Positions 17,166 to 28,000 of a stretch of 64,000 nt of DNA are shown here, one piece after another. The notes beneath the pieces are model-generated. The model saw only the letters and a list, made by a program, of their open reading frames with translations. It did no database searches and was not told the DNA's origin. Source of the stretch: a virus; IMG/VR virus record IMGVR_UViG_3300009152_000039, positions 8,575-72,574 of that record, one strand, 5' to 3'. The position numbers and the translations under genes were made by a program. The first letter of the stretch is position 1. The number at the start of each line of letters is the position of its first letter.

Positions 17166-17456
17166 ATGCCAGCGGCAACAAGAGTAGGGGATGCTGATTC
17201 TGCACACTGTTCAGGAATGGTTAGAGCAGTGGGTTCAGGAAATGTTTTTGTGAATGGTCGTCCTTGGTCCAGGCAAGGTGATGTAAACACAGTACATCTT
17301 TTGCCAGGTAGTCCTTGTCCTGCACACTCAGCACCAATAACAATAGGATCTGCTTCTGTTTTTGTTAATAACAAGGGTGCTGGTAGGGTAGGTGATGCTA
17401 TCACAGGATGTACGTCCGTTGCTGCTGGATCATCAAACGTTTTTGCCGGAGGATAG
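17166..17456 (+). CDS. PAAR-repeat spike tip protein (gp5.4-like)
   Basis: PAATRVGD, SGNVFVNGRP..RQGD, RVGD repeats; His/Cys metal ligands. Confidence 0.92.
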   Translation: MPAATRVGDADSAHCSGMVRAVGSGNVFVNGRPWSRQGDVNTVHLLPGSPCPAHSAPITIGSASVFVNNKGAGRVGDAITGCTSVAAGSSNVFAGG

Positions 17457-17882
17457 ATGGCAGTTTCATACGCAGATAAATTTACAACAACAGCGCTATA
17501 CAATGAAAGGTATAGTGACTTCCGTACCAACTTTGATAGAAATTTTGGAACTGGTGATCTTGCTAGGGTCACTAACGAAGAGTCAATTTACACTTCCCTC
17601 AAAAATATAGTATTCACTCGCAAAGGAGAGCGTCCTTTCTTTCCGGAATTTGGATGTAACATTACCTCAGTACTTTTTGAAAACTATAACAGGTTTACTC
17701 AAAGAACAATAGAGACAGAAGTTAAAACCGCTATAGAGAATTTTGAACCAAGAGTGTCTGTAATAAGAGTGGTGGTGGATGGTAAGCCAGATAACAATAC
17801 TGTAAATCTTAATCTATATTTTACCATAATAAATAGACCAGAAACTCTCTCTGTTAGCTTCCTTCTTTCAAGAATAAGATAA
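17457..17882 (+). CDS. 25: baseplate wedge subunit gp25
   Basis: SLKNIVFTRKGERPFFPEFG, IENFEPRV. Confidence 0.92.
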   Translation: MAVSYADKFTTTALYNERYSDFRTNFDRNFGTGDLARVTNEESIYTSLKNIVFTRKGERPFFPEFGCNITSVLFENYNRFTQRTIETEVKTAIENFEPRVSVIRVVVDGKPDNNTVNLNLYFTIINRPETLSVSFLLSRIR

Positions 17883-17883
17883 A

Positions 17884-19671
17884 ATGGCAAATTCATCAAT
17901 TAATCTAGTCGACCTGGATTTTAATGCTTTAAAAACATCTTTCAAAGATCATCTTACTTCTCAAGCAAGATATAAAGACTTCAACTTTGATGGATCTAAT
18001 ATTAACGTTCTTCTTGACGTGTTAGCATATAACTCCTATCTGAACACCTTCTATCTTAACATGGTAGCTAGTGAGATGTTTTTAGATACTGCGCAGTTAC
18101 GTGATAGCGTGGTATCTCATGCCAAAGAATTGAATTACCTGCCTAGATCGTTTAGGTCTGCCCAAGCTAACGTTAACATTGCTATAACCCCATCTACAGC
18201 TGTCGACTCTGTAGAGATTCCATCTAAGACTTCATTTACATCAAGAGTAGGGTCTGATACCTACAACTTTGTGACTGATGAAAGCACAATAATTACCACC
18301 AGCAATAGCGGTGTATTTTATGCTAACAACATTACATTGTATGAGGGAGTATATGTAACGGACACATTTGTTAAAAACGGAGTGATTGATAATCAAAGAT
18401 TTGTTTTAACTAATCCAAATATAGACACCAGTAGTATAGAAATTACTGTTACAGAAAACAGCGGTGCTAATGTATCTACGTATGTACAGTCATTTTCAAC
18501 GTTTGGTTTATCCTCAAACTCGAATATATTCTTTGTTCAAGCAGCAGAAACCAACCAGTACGAGGTTGTTTTTGGAGATAACACCTCAGGTAGATCTCCT
18601 CTTGATGGAGCTGTCATTGAAGTTGTGTACAGAATCTGTAATGGGGAACTTCCTAACGGATCAGATAATTTTATAAACAACAGCAGCATAGATGGTCATT
18701 CAAATATATCAACTACATTGAACCAAGAAGCTGTGAATGGATCAGTATCTGAAACTATAGAATCTATAAAATATAATGCTCCAAGAAGTTTTCAGTCTCA
18801 AGAGAGAGCTGTTACCGAGAGTGACTATAAAACTCTGCTGCTCAGAGAGTTTCCGGAAATTCAAGCAATATCTGTTTATGGTGGTGAGAAAGAAGATCCA
18901 CCTCAGTATGGCAAGGTGTTTGTTTCTGTAGATATTACTAATTCTGAAGGTGTACCTGACATATACAAGAACCTTTACAAAGCATTTCTTGAGGATAAGG
19001 TTCCTCTTGGTATAACTGTGGATGTTGTTAATCCTGATTTTGTTTATTTAGATGTTGTGTCCAATGTAAATTATGATTACAATAGCACTACTCTCTCTAC
19101 TGAAGAGATAAGAACTCTAGTTACCCAGGCTATTATAACCTACAACAATACGTATCTGAACGACTTTAATGCTAAGTTTAGATATAGTAATTTTGTTTCG
19201 TATATTGACAGCGTTACCCCTTCTATCATCAACAATGATACAGAGTGTATCCCATACTTTCTTTTAAATCCAACATTATCTGTTAACAATGATTTTTTTC
19301 GCTCATTTGGTGCAGAAGTCTTGATTACAACACCCACCACCAAGACTCATGATTTGTTAACAGACCGTGGCGTGTACTCTACTGACTTTGTGTATGATGG
19401 GAAGAGATGCCAGCTTGAAGATGATGGTGCTGGAAGTATACGAATTGTGAATGTCACAACCACAGCTCACGTAGAAGTAGTTAAGGTTGGAACCATTGAT
19501 TACACTACAGGCACAATTTCCATTGGTAATTTCAATGTTTCAAGCTATACAGGAAACGGTATTAAACTATACGCTAAATTAGTAACTCGAGACTTCCAAT
19601 CCAATTTAAAATATATTCTTACTATTAATACAGGTAGTATTAACGTAACAGTAAACCCTGCTAGACCATGA
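17884..19671 (+). CDS. 6: baseplate wedge subunit gp6
   Basis: LDFNALK, DFNFDGS, LAYN, EMFLDTAQLRDSVVSHAKELNY, QERAVT..DY, PPQYGKV. Confidence 0.93.
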   Translation: MANSSINLVDLDFNALKTSFKDHLTSQARYKDFNFDGSNINVLLDVLAYNSYLNTFYLNMVASEMFLDTAQLRDSVVSHAKELNYLPRSFRSAQANVNIAITPSTAVDSVEIPSKTSFTSRVGSDTYNFVTDESTIITTSNSGVFYANNITLYEGVYVTDTFVKNGVIDNQRFVLTNPNIDTSSIEITVTENSGANVSTYVQSFSTFGLSSNSNIFFVQAAETNQYEVVFGDNTSGRSPLDGAVIEVVYRICNGELPNGSDNFINNSSIDGHSNISTTLNQEAVNGSVSETIESIKYNAPRSFQSQERAVTESDYKTLLLREFPEIQAISVYGGEKEDPPQYGKVFVSVDITNSEGVPDIYKNLYKAFLEDKVPLGITVDVVNPDFVYLDVVSNVNYDYNSTTLSTEEIRTLVTQAIITYNNTYLNDFNAKFRYSNFVSYIDSVTPSIINNDTECIPYFLLNPTLSVNNDFFRSFGAEVLITTPTTKTHDLLTDRGVYSTDFVYDGKRCQLEDDGAGSIRIVNVTTTAHVEVVKVGTIDYTTGTISIGNFNVSSYTGNGIKLYAKLVTRDFQSNLKYILTINTGSINVTVNPARP

Positions 19672-22600
19672 AACAAATAGAAGATACGATCAGTACCCTT
19701 GTTCAGAATCACTTTCCTCAGTTTTACAGTGAGGATGGGGAGACGTTTGTTGAATTTGTTAAAGAGTACTACAGGTGGATGGAAAGTACTAATAACACTA
19801 TATTCTATTCAAGGAACCTTTTAGAGTTTAGAGATATAGACTCTACAATTGATGAGTTTCTTGTTCATTTTAAAAATAAGTATCTTGCAGAAGCTCCTGT
19901 TTTTTATGATAAGACTAGATCAAATGTAAAACATGCGTTAGACTTTTATAGATCTAAAGGTACAGAGCGTGGTACAAAGCTGGTATTCAGAGAGGTCTAC
20001 GGACTATCTGATGTCGACATATACTTCCCAGGAAAAGATATTATCAAGGCTTCCGATGGTGAATGGTACGTTCCTGTTTATCTAGAGGTATCATTATCAG
20101 ACAAAACAAAAGATTTTGTAGGAAAGCAGATAACAGGCTCCGCCTCTGGTGCAACTGCTTTTGTTGAGGAGGTAGGTAGAAAGTCTGTGAAAGGGAAGCA
20201 TTTTGATGTGTTGATGCTTACCAACAAGCAAGGCGACTTCATATTAGATGATATTATTACTGTTGATGGAAATCTATCAGAATGCCCAATAGTTATTGGT
20301 TCTCTTACGAGGGTGCAAGTAGAAAATTCTGGAAGAAACTTTGCAGTTGGAGACGTCGTTGATATTATTTCTACTAGGTTAGGTAAGCAAGGTAAAGCTA
20401 GAATTGACTCTATAGTTGACTCAACTGGTAAAGTTACATTTTCTCTGGTTAATGGCGGTACAGGCTACAGACTCACAACTGTTCCTGTAGTTGCTGAAAA
20501 AACTATACTAACTGCAAATAGAACCTCAGCTAATGTTTACATAACAGACTTTACCATTGATGAAATAGTTATTCAACCACTAGCTAATGTTGTGTTTTAC
20601 TCCTCTAATGCTTTTTTTGGGGTTGGCACACTTGTTACTGGAAGTAATTCTACTGCTAATGTGGCAACTGGTAGAGTGCTGGGTAAAACACAAAACCAAC
20701 TAAGTGGAACTGGATCTGCAACATCCACGACAAATACTGTCATTGGTGTTGAGACTAGCTTTAATACGCAGATTGCAAATGGTGATTACATTAGATTCCA
20801 GTCATGCACTTCAATATACCGAGTATCTACTACTACTAATGCCACACATCTGACTTTGACAACAACAGGTCCAAGCCTCACTAATGATCCAATGTACGTT
20901 GCAAATGGACATATGCTGTTGATAGTGACGTCTGGTGACTTTGCATTGGCTGATAGAATAACAAACACTACAGCCTTAATTAGTACATATACTAATAAAA
21001 CAGCTACTGGTGTATTGATGGGATCTAACAGTACTGCAATTGGCCTCAAATCAGTATCTAACGTTTTCTCCAGTAACGGATATAATTTTGTGTATGGTCA
21101 AACTTCGAATGTATATGCAAATCTAGTTACAATAGGAACCGGTTCAGGTGCTGGCTTCTCTGTGGGTAGCTTAACAGATGAAGAGACTGTATATCTCAAT
21201 GAGGATCTATATTATTCAAACAACTCAATTGCAAATACTCTTCTTACAGGTACAGTATCCTCAAATGCAACAAGTCCTCAAGTAAATGGTACATCAACAC
21301 TATTTACAACGGAGTTGTATAGAGGGTCTTATATCATGTTTTCTGGTAGCAATACCGTATTTCAAGTTAATTCTGTAACAAACAATACGGTTTTAATATT
21401 GACAGCGAATGGACCTGTTAGTACTGCTAATTCCATCACAGTCAAACCTGGACCTTACAGAACACTTCCTTTAAATGCTCTCAAGTACGGCTTTCCAAAA
21501 CTACCGACTGGAAATTCAAGCACAATTTTAAATCTGGTATTGACCAGAGGGTCATTTGATATTGGAACAATTGCTTCGTTGACAGGAGTTAGTCCAGGCT
21601 CAAATTATAATCTAAATCCACTAGTTCAAATTCGTGATGTAGGAATATCTGCATTTGACAGAAGAAATCTCCACGTTGAAACAAGTAATACTACCGGTGT
21701 TTTTATCGTTGGTGAGGAAATTACACAGAATTTTTCTAGACCATCTTACACATTATCAATAAGTGGATCTAATACTGCTTTTACAGATCTTGAAACTGTC
21801 ACCCAACAGATTAATGCAACATCAAACAACTACGGGGAGGTTGTTTCATCTAATACTTCTCTTGCTGTGTTATATACTTCTGGCAATTTTGTCAATTCTG
21901 CGCTTGGAGCTAATCTAACAGGAACTGTGACGTGTAACTCGTCAAGTTCACAAGTGAATGGAACTGCTACTCTTTTCACAAGTCAATTATCAGCAGGGGA
22001 TTACATTAAGTTTTCTGGCAACAACCTGTTGTTTCAAGTAAATAACATAACTAGCAATACAGTTTTATTTTTAAAAACGACTGGGGCAGCAATAACTGGG
22101 GCAAATACGGTTGCAAAGGCAAGCAACGTTGCTGTTGGGTTAGTTGGTGGCAAATACTTTTTTGTTAATACAGCAGTGTCAAACACCGTTTTATCAGCCT
22201 CTAGAGGAACAGTGTTAGTAGTTAATACTGAATACCTTGACGTTAAGCGTAAAACATTTAATCAATCTTTCACCTCTTTGGTTGGTATAACAGGATCATT
22301 TTCTGGTGCAACAGCAAACGTTGTTTCAGTTACACAAATTGAAAATTCGGAGTTGATGGGAAACAATGCAATTGTTACCACATCTGCAGGAGTTGTAAAC
22401 GGCTCTATAGGTAGTATCAGCGTTATTGATTCGGGATATGCTTATGAAGACGGAGAAGATATAACCATTACCAAAGAAGGAAGTGCCTTTGTGGCTACTG
22501 GTTACGCTAATCTAATTAATCAGGGAGTTGGTGAAGGATACTTTAAATCTACAAGAGGCTTCTTAAACAGTGATAAATACATTCACGATGGAAGTTTTTA

Positions 22601-22766
22601 TCAAGCGTACTCATACCAGGTCAGATCAGACCTAGCCCTTGGGGTTTATGCTGATACCCTTAAAAAACTCTCTCACGTTGCTGGTACCGAGCTTTTTGGT
22701 AACCTCATTAAAACTTCCAATGTAGATGTTCAAATTACATCCACCGGCGTAAAAATAGACATATGA
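19668..22766 (+). CDS. 7: baseplate wedge initiator gp7-like with inserted repeat modules
   Basis: FVKEYYRWME, FYRSKGT, ASDGEW at the N-terminus; IHDGSFYQAYSYQV...HVAG at the C-terminus; synteny 6-7-8. Confidence 0.75.
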   Translation: MKQIEDTISTLVQNHFPQFYSEDGETFVEFVKEYYRWMESTNNTIFYSRNLLEFRDIDSTIDEFLVHFKNKYLAEAPVFYDKTRSNVKHALDFYRSKGTERGTKLVFREVYGLSDVDIYFPGKDIIKASDGEWYVPVYLEVSLSDKTKDFVGKQITGSASGATAFVEEVGRKSVKGKHFDVLMLTNKQGDFILDDIITVDGNLSECPIVIGSLTRVQVENSGRNFAVGDVVDIISTRLGKQGKARIDSIVDSTGKVTFSLVNGGTGYRLTTVPVVAEKTILTANRTSANVYITDFTIDEIVIQPLANVVFYSSNAFFGVGTLVTGSNSTANVATGRVLGKTQNQLSGTGSATSTTNTVIGVETSFNTQIANGDYIRFQSCTSIYRVSTTTNATHLTLTTTGPSLTNDPMYVANGHMLLIVTSGDFALADRITNTTALISTYTNKTATGVLMGSNSTAIGLKSVSNVFSSNGYNFVYGQTSNVYANLVTIGTGSGAGFSVGSLTDEETVYLNEDLYYSNNSIANTLLTGTVSSNATSPQVNGTSTLFTTELYRGSYIMFSGSNTVFQVNSVTNNTVLILTANGPVSTANSITVKPGPYRTLPLNALKYGFPKLPTGNSSTILNLVLTRGSFDIGTIASLTGVSPGSNYNLNPLVQIRDVGISAFDRRNLHVETSNTTGVFIVGEEITQNFSRPSYTLSISGSNTAFTDLETVTQQINATSNNYGEVVSSNTSLAVLYTSGNFVNSALGANLTGTVTCNSSSSQVNGTATLFTSQLSAGDYIKFSGNNLLFQVNNITSNTVLFLKTTGAAITGANTVAKASNVAVGLVGGKYFFVNTAVSNTVLSASRGTVLVVNTEYLDVKRKTFNQSFTSLVGITGSFSGATANVVSVTQIENSELMGNNAIVTTSAGVVNGSIGSISVIDSGYAYEDGEDITITKEGSAFVATGYANLINQGVGEGYFKSTRGFLNSDKYIHDGSFYQAYSYQVRSDLALGVYADTLKKLSHVAGTELFGNLIKTSNVDVQITSTGVKIDI

Positions 22767-25069
22767 GCAAATTAATCACAAATAATTTAAAGTTGTTTAA
22801 TGTAGATAACTTTATAGAGTCATTTACTGAACCCAACTATAACATCTACTATTATTTTCTAGCCAACCCACGTCCATTTACATCAGACAATAGTCCTCCA
22901 ACATTATACGATAATCCTCAGACAACTGAAATTGACGTGTATGATAATATGATATGTGGTAAGAGGATCACGTCGGATGATGTGGTTAAAATGACTACAA
23001 GAAGGGATTGGGCATCAGGTACAGTTTACAGTCCATACTCTCATGATAGTGTGGACCTATTTGAATCAAACTTTTACATAGTTCATCCGGAAAGTGGAAG
23101 CTATCACGTTTTTAAATGTATTGATAATAATAACGGAGCAAGCTCAACAGTAGCTCCGTTGCTCACTCTGACGGCTGCTGATGACGACTTTTACTTCACC
23201 GCTGATGGATACCAATGGAAGTACATGTACTCAATCACAAGTTCACAATACAGTAAGTTTGCAACAGCGGACTTTATTCCTGTATATGTAAACGCTAATG
23301 TTGTAGGTAATGCAGTCAGCGGGGCTATACAGAGCATACAATTAACAAAAGCAGGTGCAGGATATTCTTCTTACAGTAACGGATATTTTCAGGAGGTGAG
23401 AGTCGGTGGTAATCCTCTTGTGTATGCTATAGACTCTGCTACTGCATCATCCAATGCAAACTTCTATATTAACAGTGCCATTAAAATATCGTCTGGTCCT
23501 GGTAGTGGTCAACAGAGACTTATTACTGGGTATACTGTTTCTGGGTCAACAAGACGTGTCATTATTGATTCGGCTTTCTCCACAGATCCTACAACAGCAT
23601 CAAAATATGATATTTCTCCACTCATACAAATTACAGGAGATGGATCTGGTGCATTAGCTCGAGCAGTTGTTAACGCTACAAGTAACTCTATTCAAAGTAT
23701 TGAAATAACTACTAGAGGCGAGGGATACACATATGCATCAGTAGTTATCACGGGTAATACTGGTGTCATTAATGTATCTACTGGATCAACAACTACTAAC
23801 ACTGCAGAGGCTAAAGTAATTATAAGTCCTACAGGTGGGCATGGTAGCAATGCCGCAGCAGAACTGGGATCAAGAAATGTGGGTATGAGTGCAGAGTTTG
23901 ATAGCACCCTATCTGGTGGTAAAGTTGTTGATGAGAATGACTTTAGAGTAGTAGGTATTATTAAAGATCCTTTGTTCGCTAATGTTATTCTTGCGGTGAG
24001 TAATGGGACTGGTACTTTTTCGGATGGTGAGGTTGTTTACCAATCTCAAGGTTCTCCTATTGCCGGTATAGTAATAACAAACCCAGGGTCGGGTTATTCT
24101 TCAAACGCAACTGTCACAATATCTGGTACCAGTTCTGTTGTAGCAATAGCTAATGCGTCATCAAATTCTACTGGAAGAATTTCACAAATTAATATAAGCA
24201 ATACTGGCCAAGGATATATTGCACCTACCGCTACAATATCAGCTCCAGCTCCTGTGACGTTTAACGCAAACACCGATGTTAATGGTACAACAGATTTCAT
24301 AACAATATCAAATAATGTATTTCAAAATAATGACATTGTCAAATACTTAGTTGCTACTGGTAATACCGCTATTACAGGTCTTGCTAATAATACTTCATAT
24401 TATGTTGTACAAGCAAATTCAACTGGCGTTAAGTTGTCTTCAACATTAAACGGATCAAACGTTAATATAACAGCCAGTGCTACTTTAGAATCAGGCCATA
24501 GCCTAACCGGCAACACTGCGACTGCAGTCGTAGTGGTCGATACCAACAAAACTACAACTGCATATGGAGTAGTTACTTTTGCAAACAGTTCTGTAGTGAG
24601 GTTGAGTAATTCGTTTGGTATTTTTGTTACTGGAAATTCATCTACTAGTGTACTGACTGGAAACACCTCCGGATATATTGCTACTTGTGATTCTGTGACT
24701 CAGCCAACCACTTACTTTGACCAGACTTACAAAGTAATAGGTACTATGACAACAAGTGAATTCATAGAAGATGAGCTGATAGTACAAGCACAAACAGAGT
24801 CTAATGGATATTTCTATTCTCAAAGCGGTACAGGATCAAATCCTCGTACAGTTAGATTGGTAAATAAACGTGGAACAATAAATCAATCCGATATTTCGGT
24901 CAATTACACGATTAATGGAGTTACGTCTGGTGGAAGTTTAAATGTGTCGGCACTTGTAGAGCCTGATTTAGTACACGGCTCTGGAGATGTCATATATATT
25001 GAAAACTTCATACCAGTTGAAAAGACCGCTGGACAGACTGAGACTATCAAACTTATACTTAAATTTTAA
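22763..25069 (+). CDS. 8: baseplate wedge subunit gp8-like with large insertions
   Basis: RRDWASGTVY, VFKCIDNN, DGYQWKYMY, GGHGSN, NDFRVVGIIKDP, GDVIYIEN...QTETIKLILKF. Confidence 0.82.
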   Translation: MSKLITNNLKLFNVDNFIESFTEPNYNIYYYFLANPRPFTSDNSPPTLYDNPQTTEIDVYDNMICGKRITSDDVVKMTTRRDWASGTVYSPYSHDSVDLFESNFYIVHPESGSYHVFKCIDNNNGASSTVAPLLTLTAADDDFYFTADGYQWKYMYSITSSQYSKFATADFIPVYVNANVVGNAVSGAIQSIQLTKAGAGYSSYSNGYFQEVRVGGNPLVYAIDSATASSNANFYINSAIKISSGPGSGQQRLITGYTVSGSTRRVIIDSAFSTDPTTASKYDISPLIQITGDGSGALARAVVNATSNSIQSIEITTRGEGYTYASVVITGNTGVINVSTGSTTTNTAEAKVIISPTGGHGSNAAAELGSRNVGMSAEFDSTLSGGKVVDENDFRVVGIIKDPLFANVILAVSNGTGTFSDGEVVYQSQGSPIAGIVITNPGSGYSSNATVTISGTSSVVAIANASSNSTGRISQINISNTGQGYIAPTATISAPAPVTFNANTDVNGTTDFITISNNVFQNNDIVKYLVATGNTAITGLANNTSYYVVQANSTGVKLSSTLNGSNVNITASATLESGHSLTGNTATAVVVVDTNKTTTAYGVVTFANSSVVRLSNSFGIFVTGNSSTSVLTGNTSGYIATCDSVTQPTTYFDQTYKVIGTMTTSEFIEDELIVQAQTESNGYFYSQSGTGSNPRTVRLVNKRGTINQSDISVNYTINGVTSGGSLNVSALVEPDLVHGSGDVIYIENFIPVEKTAGQTETIKLILKF

Positions 25070-25080
25070 CAGAGGAATCA

Positions 25081-28000
25081 ATGGCTTCACTGGATACTAA
25101 TTTTAACGTCTCTCCTTACTTTGATGATTACGATCAGGAGAAGAATTATCACCGAATTCTTTTTAGGCCTGCTGTCCCTATCCAAGCAAGAGAGCTGACC
25201 CAGTTACAGACAATTCTTCAAAATCAAGTTGAGAGATTTGGAGATAACATCTACAAACAAGGTACAATTATTCAAGGTTGTACCTTCAGCTACGATTATA
25301 ACTATCAGTACATTAAAATTAAAGATCTTCAAGGTGACGGTCAAACAGTTATTCCGTCTGACTATTTAAATTTATATGCTACAGATCTATCTACAAATTT
25401 AAATGCTATTGTTGTCAACTATACAAACGGTCTTGAGTCTCAAGATCCTGACACGAATATATTATACGTCAAGTATCTTAATACAGGAACGGCACAGCAA
25501 AAGAAGTTCTCAAATAATTCAACTATTACTCTATTTAACCAGGACTACCGACTTGATTCAGTAAGAATAGATGGTGGTGGTACTAGCTACACAAATAACG
25601 ACTTCTTGATTTTTACAGGAGGTAGTGGTACCGGTGCAGCAGCTAATGTAATTACTTACTCTAACGGAACAATTAGAAGCTTTTCTTTCAGTGCATATGG
25701 CAACGGATACATCACTGCCCCTACCGTAACTGTTAACACCTCAACAGGGTCTGGTGCATCACTTGCAGCTTTGAACTATATTGCTGAAGTTACTGTTGCA
25801 AATAATCTTTTTGTTGCTAACACAACATCTAGTGGTATTAACGTTGCTACAACACCAGTTGGTACAGGTACTGCAGTTATTGTAAGTGATGGTATAATCT
25901 ATCAAAAAGGTCACTTTGTAAGAGTGGAAGAACAAACAGTAATTGTTGATAAATTCACCACTAATCCAAACAATGTAGTTCTTGGATTCTACACTCAAGA
26001 ATCTATTGTAAACAGTAGTGTTGATTCAACTCTCCTTGATAACGCACAGGGATATTCAAACTACACAGCTCCCGGGGCTCACAGATTGAAACTCACTCCC
26101 CAGATTCAGGTTCTTAATAAAGAAGATGCGCAAGCTAATTCAGAATTCTTCAAGCTCGTAGAATTTGAAAATGGAAGAGTTACAAAAAGGAAAACTGAAA
26201 CGGAATTCAACTCCATTGATAGAAAACTTTCGCAAAGAACAGCTGAAGAAAGTGGAGACTACGTTGTCAGTCCGTTTACAATCAACACAGAAGATATTGC
26301 GGGAAGCACCAATCAAATAAAGGTTGTTATTAGTTCTGGTATTGCATATGTTGATGGTCAGAGAATAGAGACCAATGATTCAACAAGATTGACTGCAAGG
26401 CAGGGAATTGATACATCAATTGCACTTAATCAGACAATAAAAACTAACTATGGCAACTATGTTTTAATTAATGAAGCACATGGGGTATTTAATTTTACTT
26501 CTGGTGGTACTGTAAACTTACGTAATACAGCTGCAACCGACGTTACAGATAACTTTGCTGGTGCACCAACAACTCCTGGAAGTATAATTGGTACAGCCAA
26601 AATGAGATCTTTGGAATATGATTCCGGAACTATTGGAACTCCAAGCGCTGTTTATAGACTTTACTTGTTTGGTATTGTAATGTCATCTGGACAAAGCTTT
26701 TCACAAGTAAGATCTGTCCAATCTTCTGGAAGCGTTGCTGACGTTGTTCTTAACACGAGCGGCACAGCTGATCTGAAAGATACAACTTATGATACCTTAG
26801 TATTTCCTTCTGGATATAATTCTGTTAAATCTGTTTCTAATGCAGATTTTATATACAGAACAGTTGCAGCTAATACTCTCACAACTAACGGCAACACTAC
26901 GATTGAGTTAACTGGTACGTATGATTATTTTCCGTACACTTTTAACAGTTCACTCAATGAAATAGAGGAAAGGGATTTCATTGTAATTCCTACTGCAAAT
27001 GCTATTGGCTCTACCAATTTATCTGGAACTGTCACATCGTCTGGTAACGTTATTACAGGTACTACAACTTCATTCGCTACGCAATTAGTCGCCGGTGATT
27101 ATGTTAAATTTTCTAGTAACACTACTATTTTTCGTGTTAATTCTATTACCAATGCCACTAGCTTTGCAGTTAACGGTACAACAGGTCCTGCTGTTACTGC
27201 TAATACTTTAACACTAGCATTCCCAGCAAATGTTCCTATTAGACTTGATAGAACTGGAGCAAATGTTCAGATTGATAGTACTGGTAAGAGAGCGTACGTA
27301 TATATTGGCAACACTATTACTGGTACAGCCGCGGTTTCCATTATTCACAATGTCAAAGTTTCACCTAATACATCAGTTTCCATCCACAAGGTTAAGACTG
27401 TTAACAAATCAGTTTATGTTAAATTATCAACTGCACAATTAACATCCACGACTACTGGTCCTTGGTGTTTAGGGATTCCTGATGCATACAAGTTGAACGC
27501 TGTTTACGTTGGCACATCAAACACTTATTCTAATACGACAACTAACTATGCTTCAAGCTTTGAGCTCGTCACTGGTCAGACTGATAATATATACGGACTT
27601 TCGTATCTAAAGTATAGTCCAGGCAGCACATTGTCTCTCACAGGTTCAAGCTGTCTATTAGTCAGTGTTGATTGTTTTACGCACGCAACCGGATACTACA
27701 TAAGCACTAATTCATATCCTGTTAATGATTCAAACACATACAATAGTGCAACCAACATTAAAACAATTGATATTCCTACATTCAAGTCTCCTAAGACAGG
27801 ATCCATATCAAGTCTAAGAGATGTCATTGACTTTAGACCAATAGTTGCAAATACTGCTAACGTCAGTGCTACAGCTGTGAGTGGAGCTACTGTTGATCCT
27901 GTAACTACAGAGACTATTACTGGTTCTACGTATTTTCCAACCCCAAATGAAACATTTGAGGCTGATGTTGAGCGTTATCTGGCAAGATCTGACTTGATTC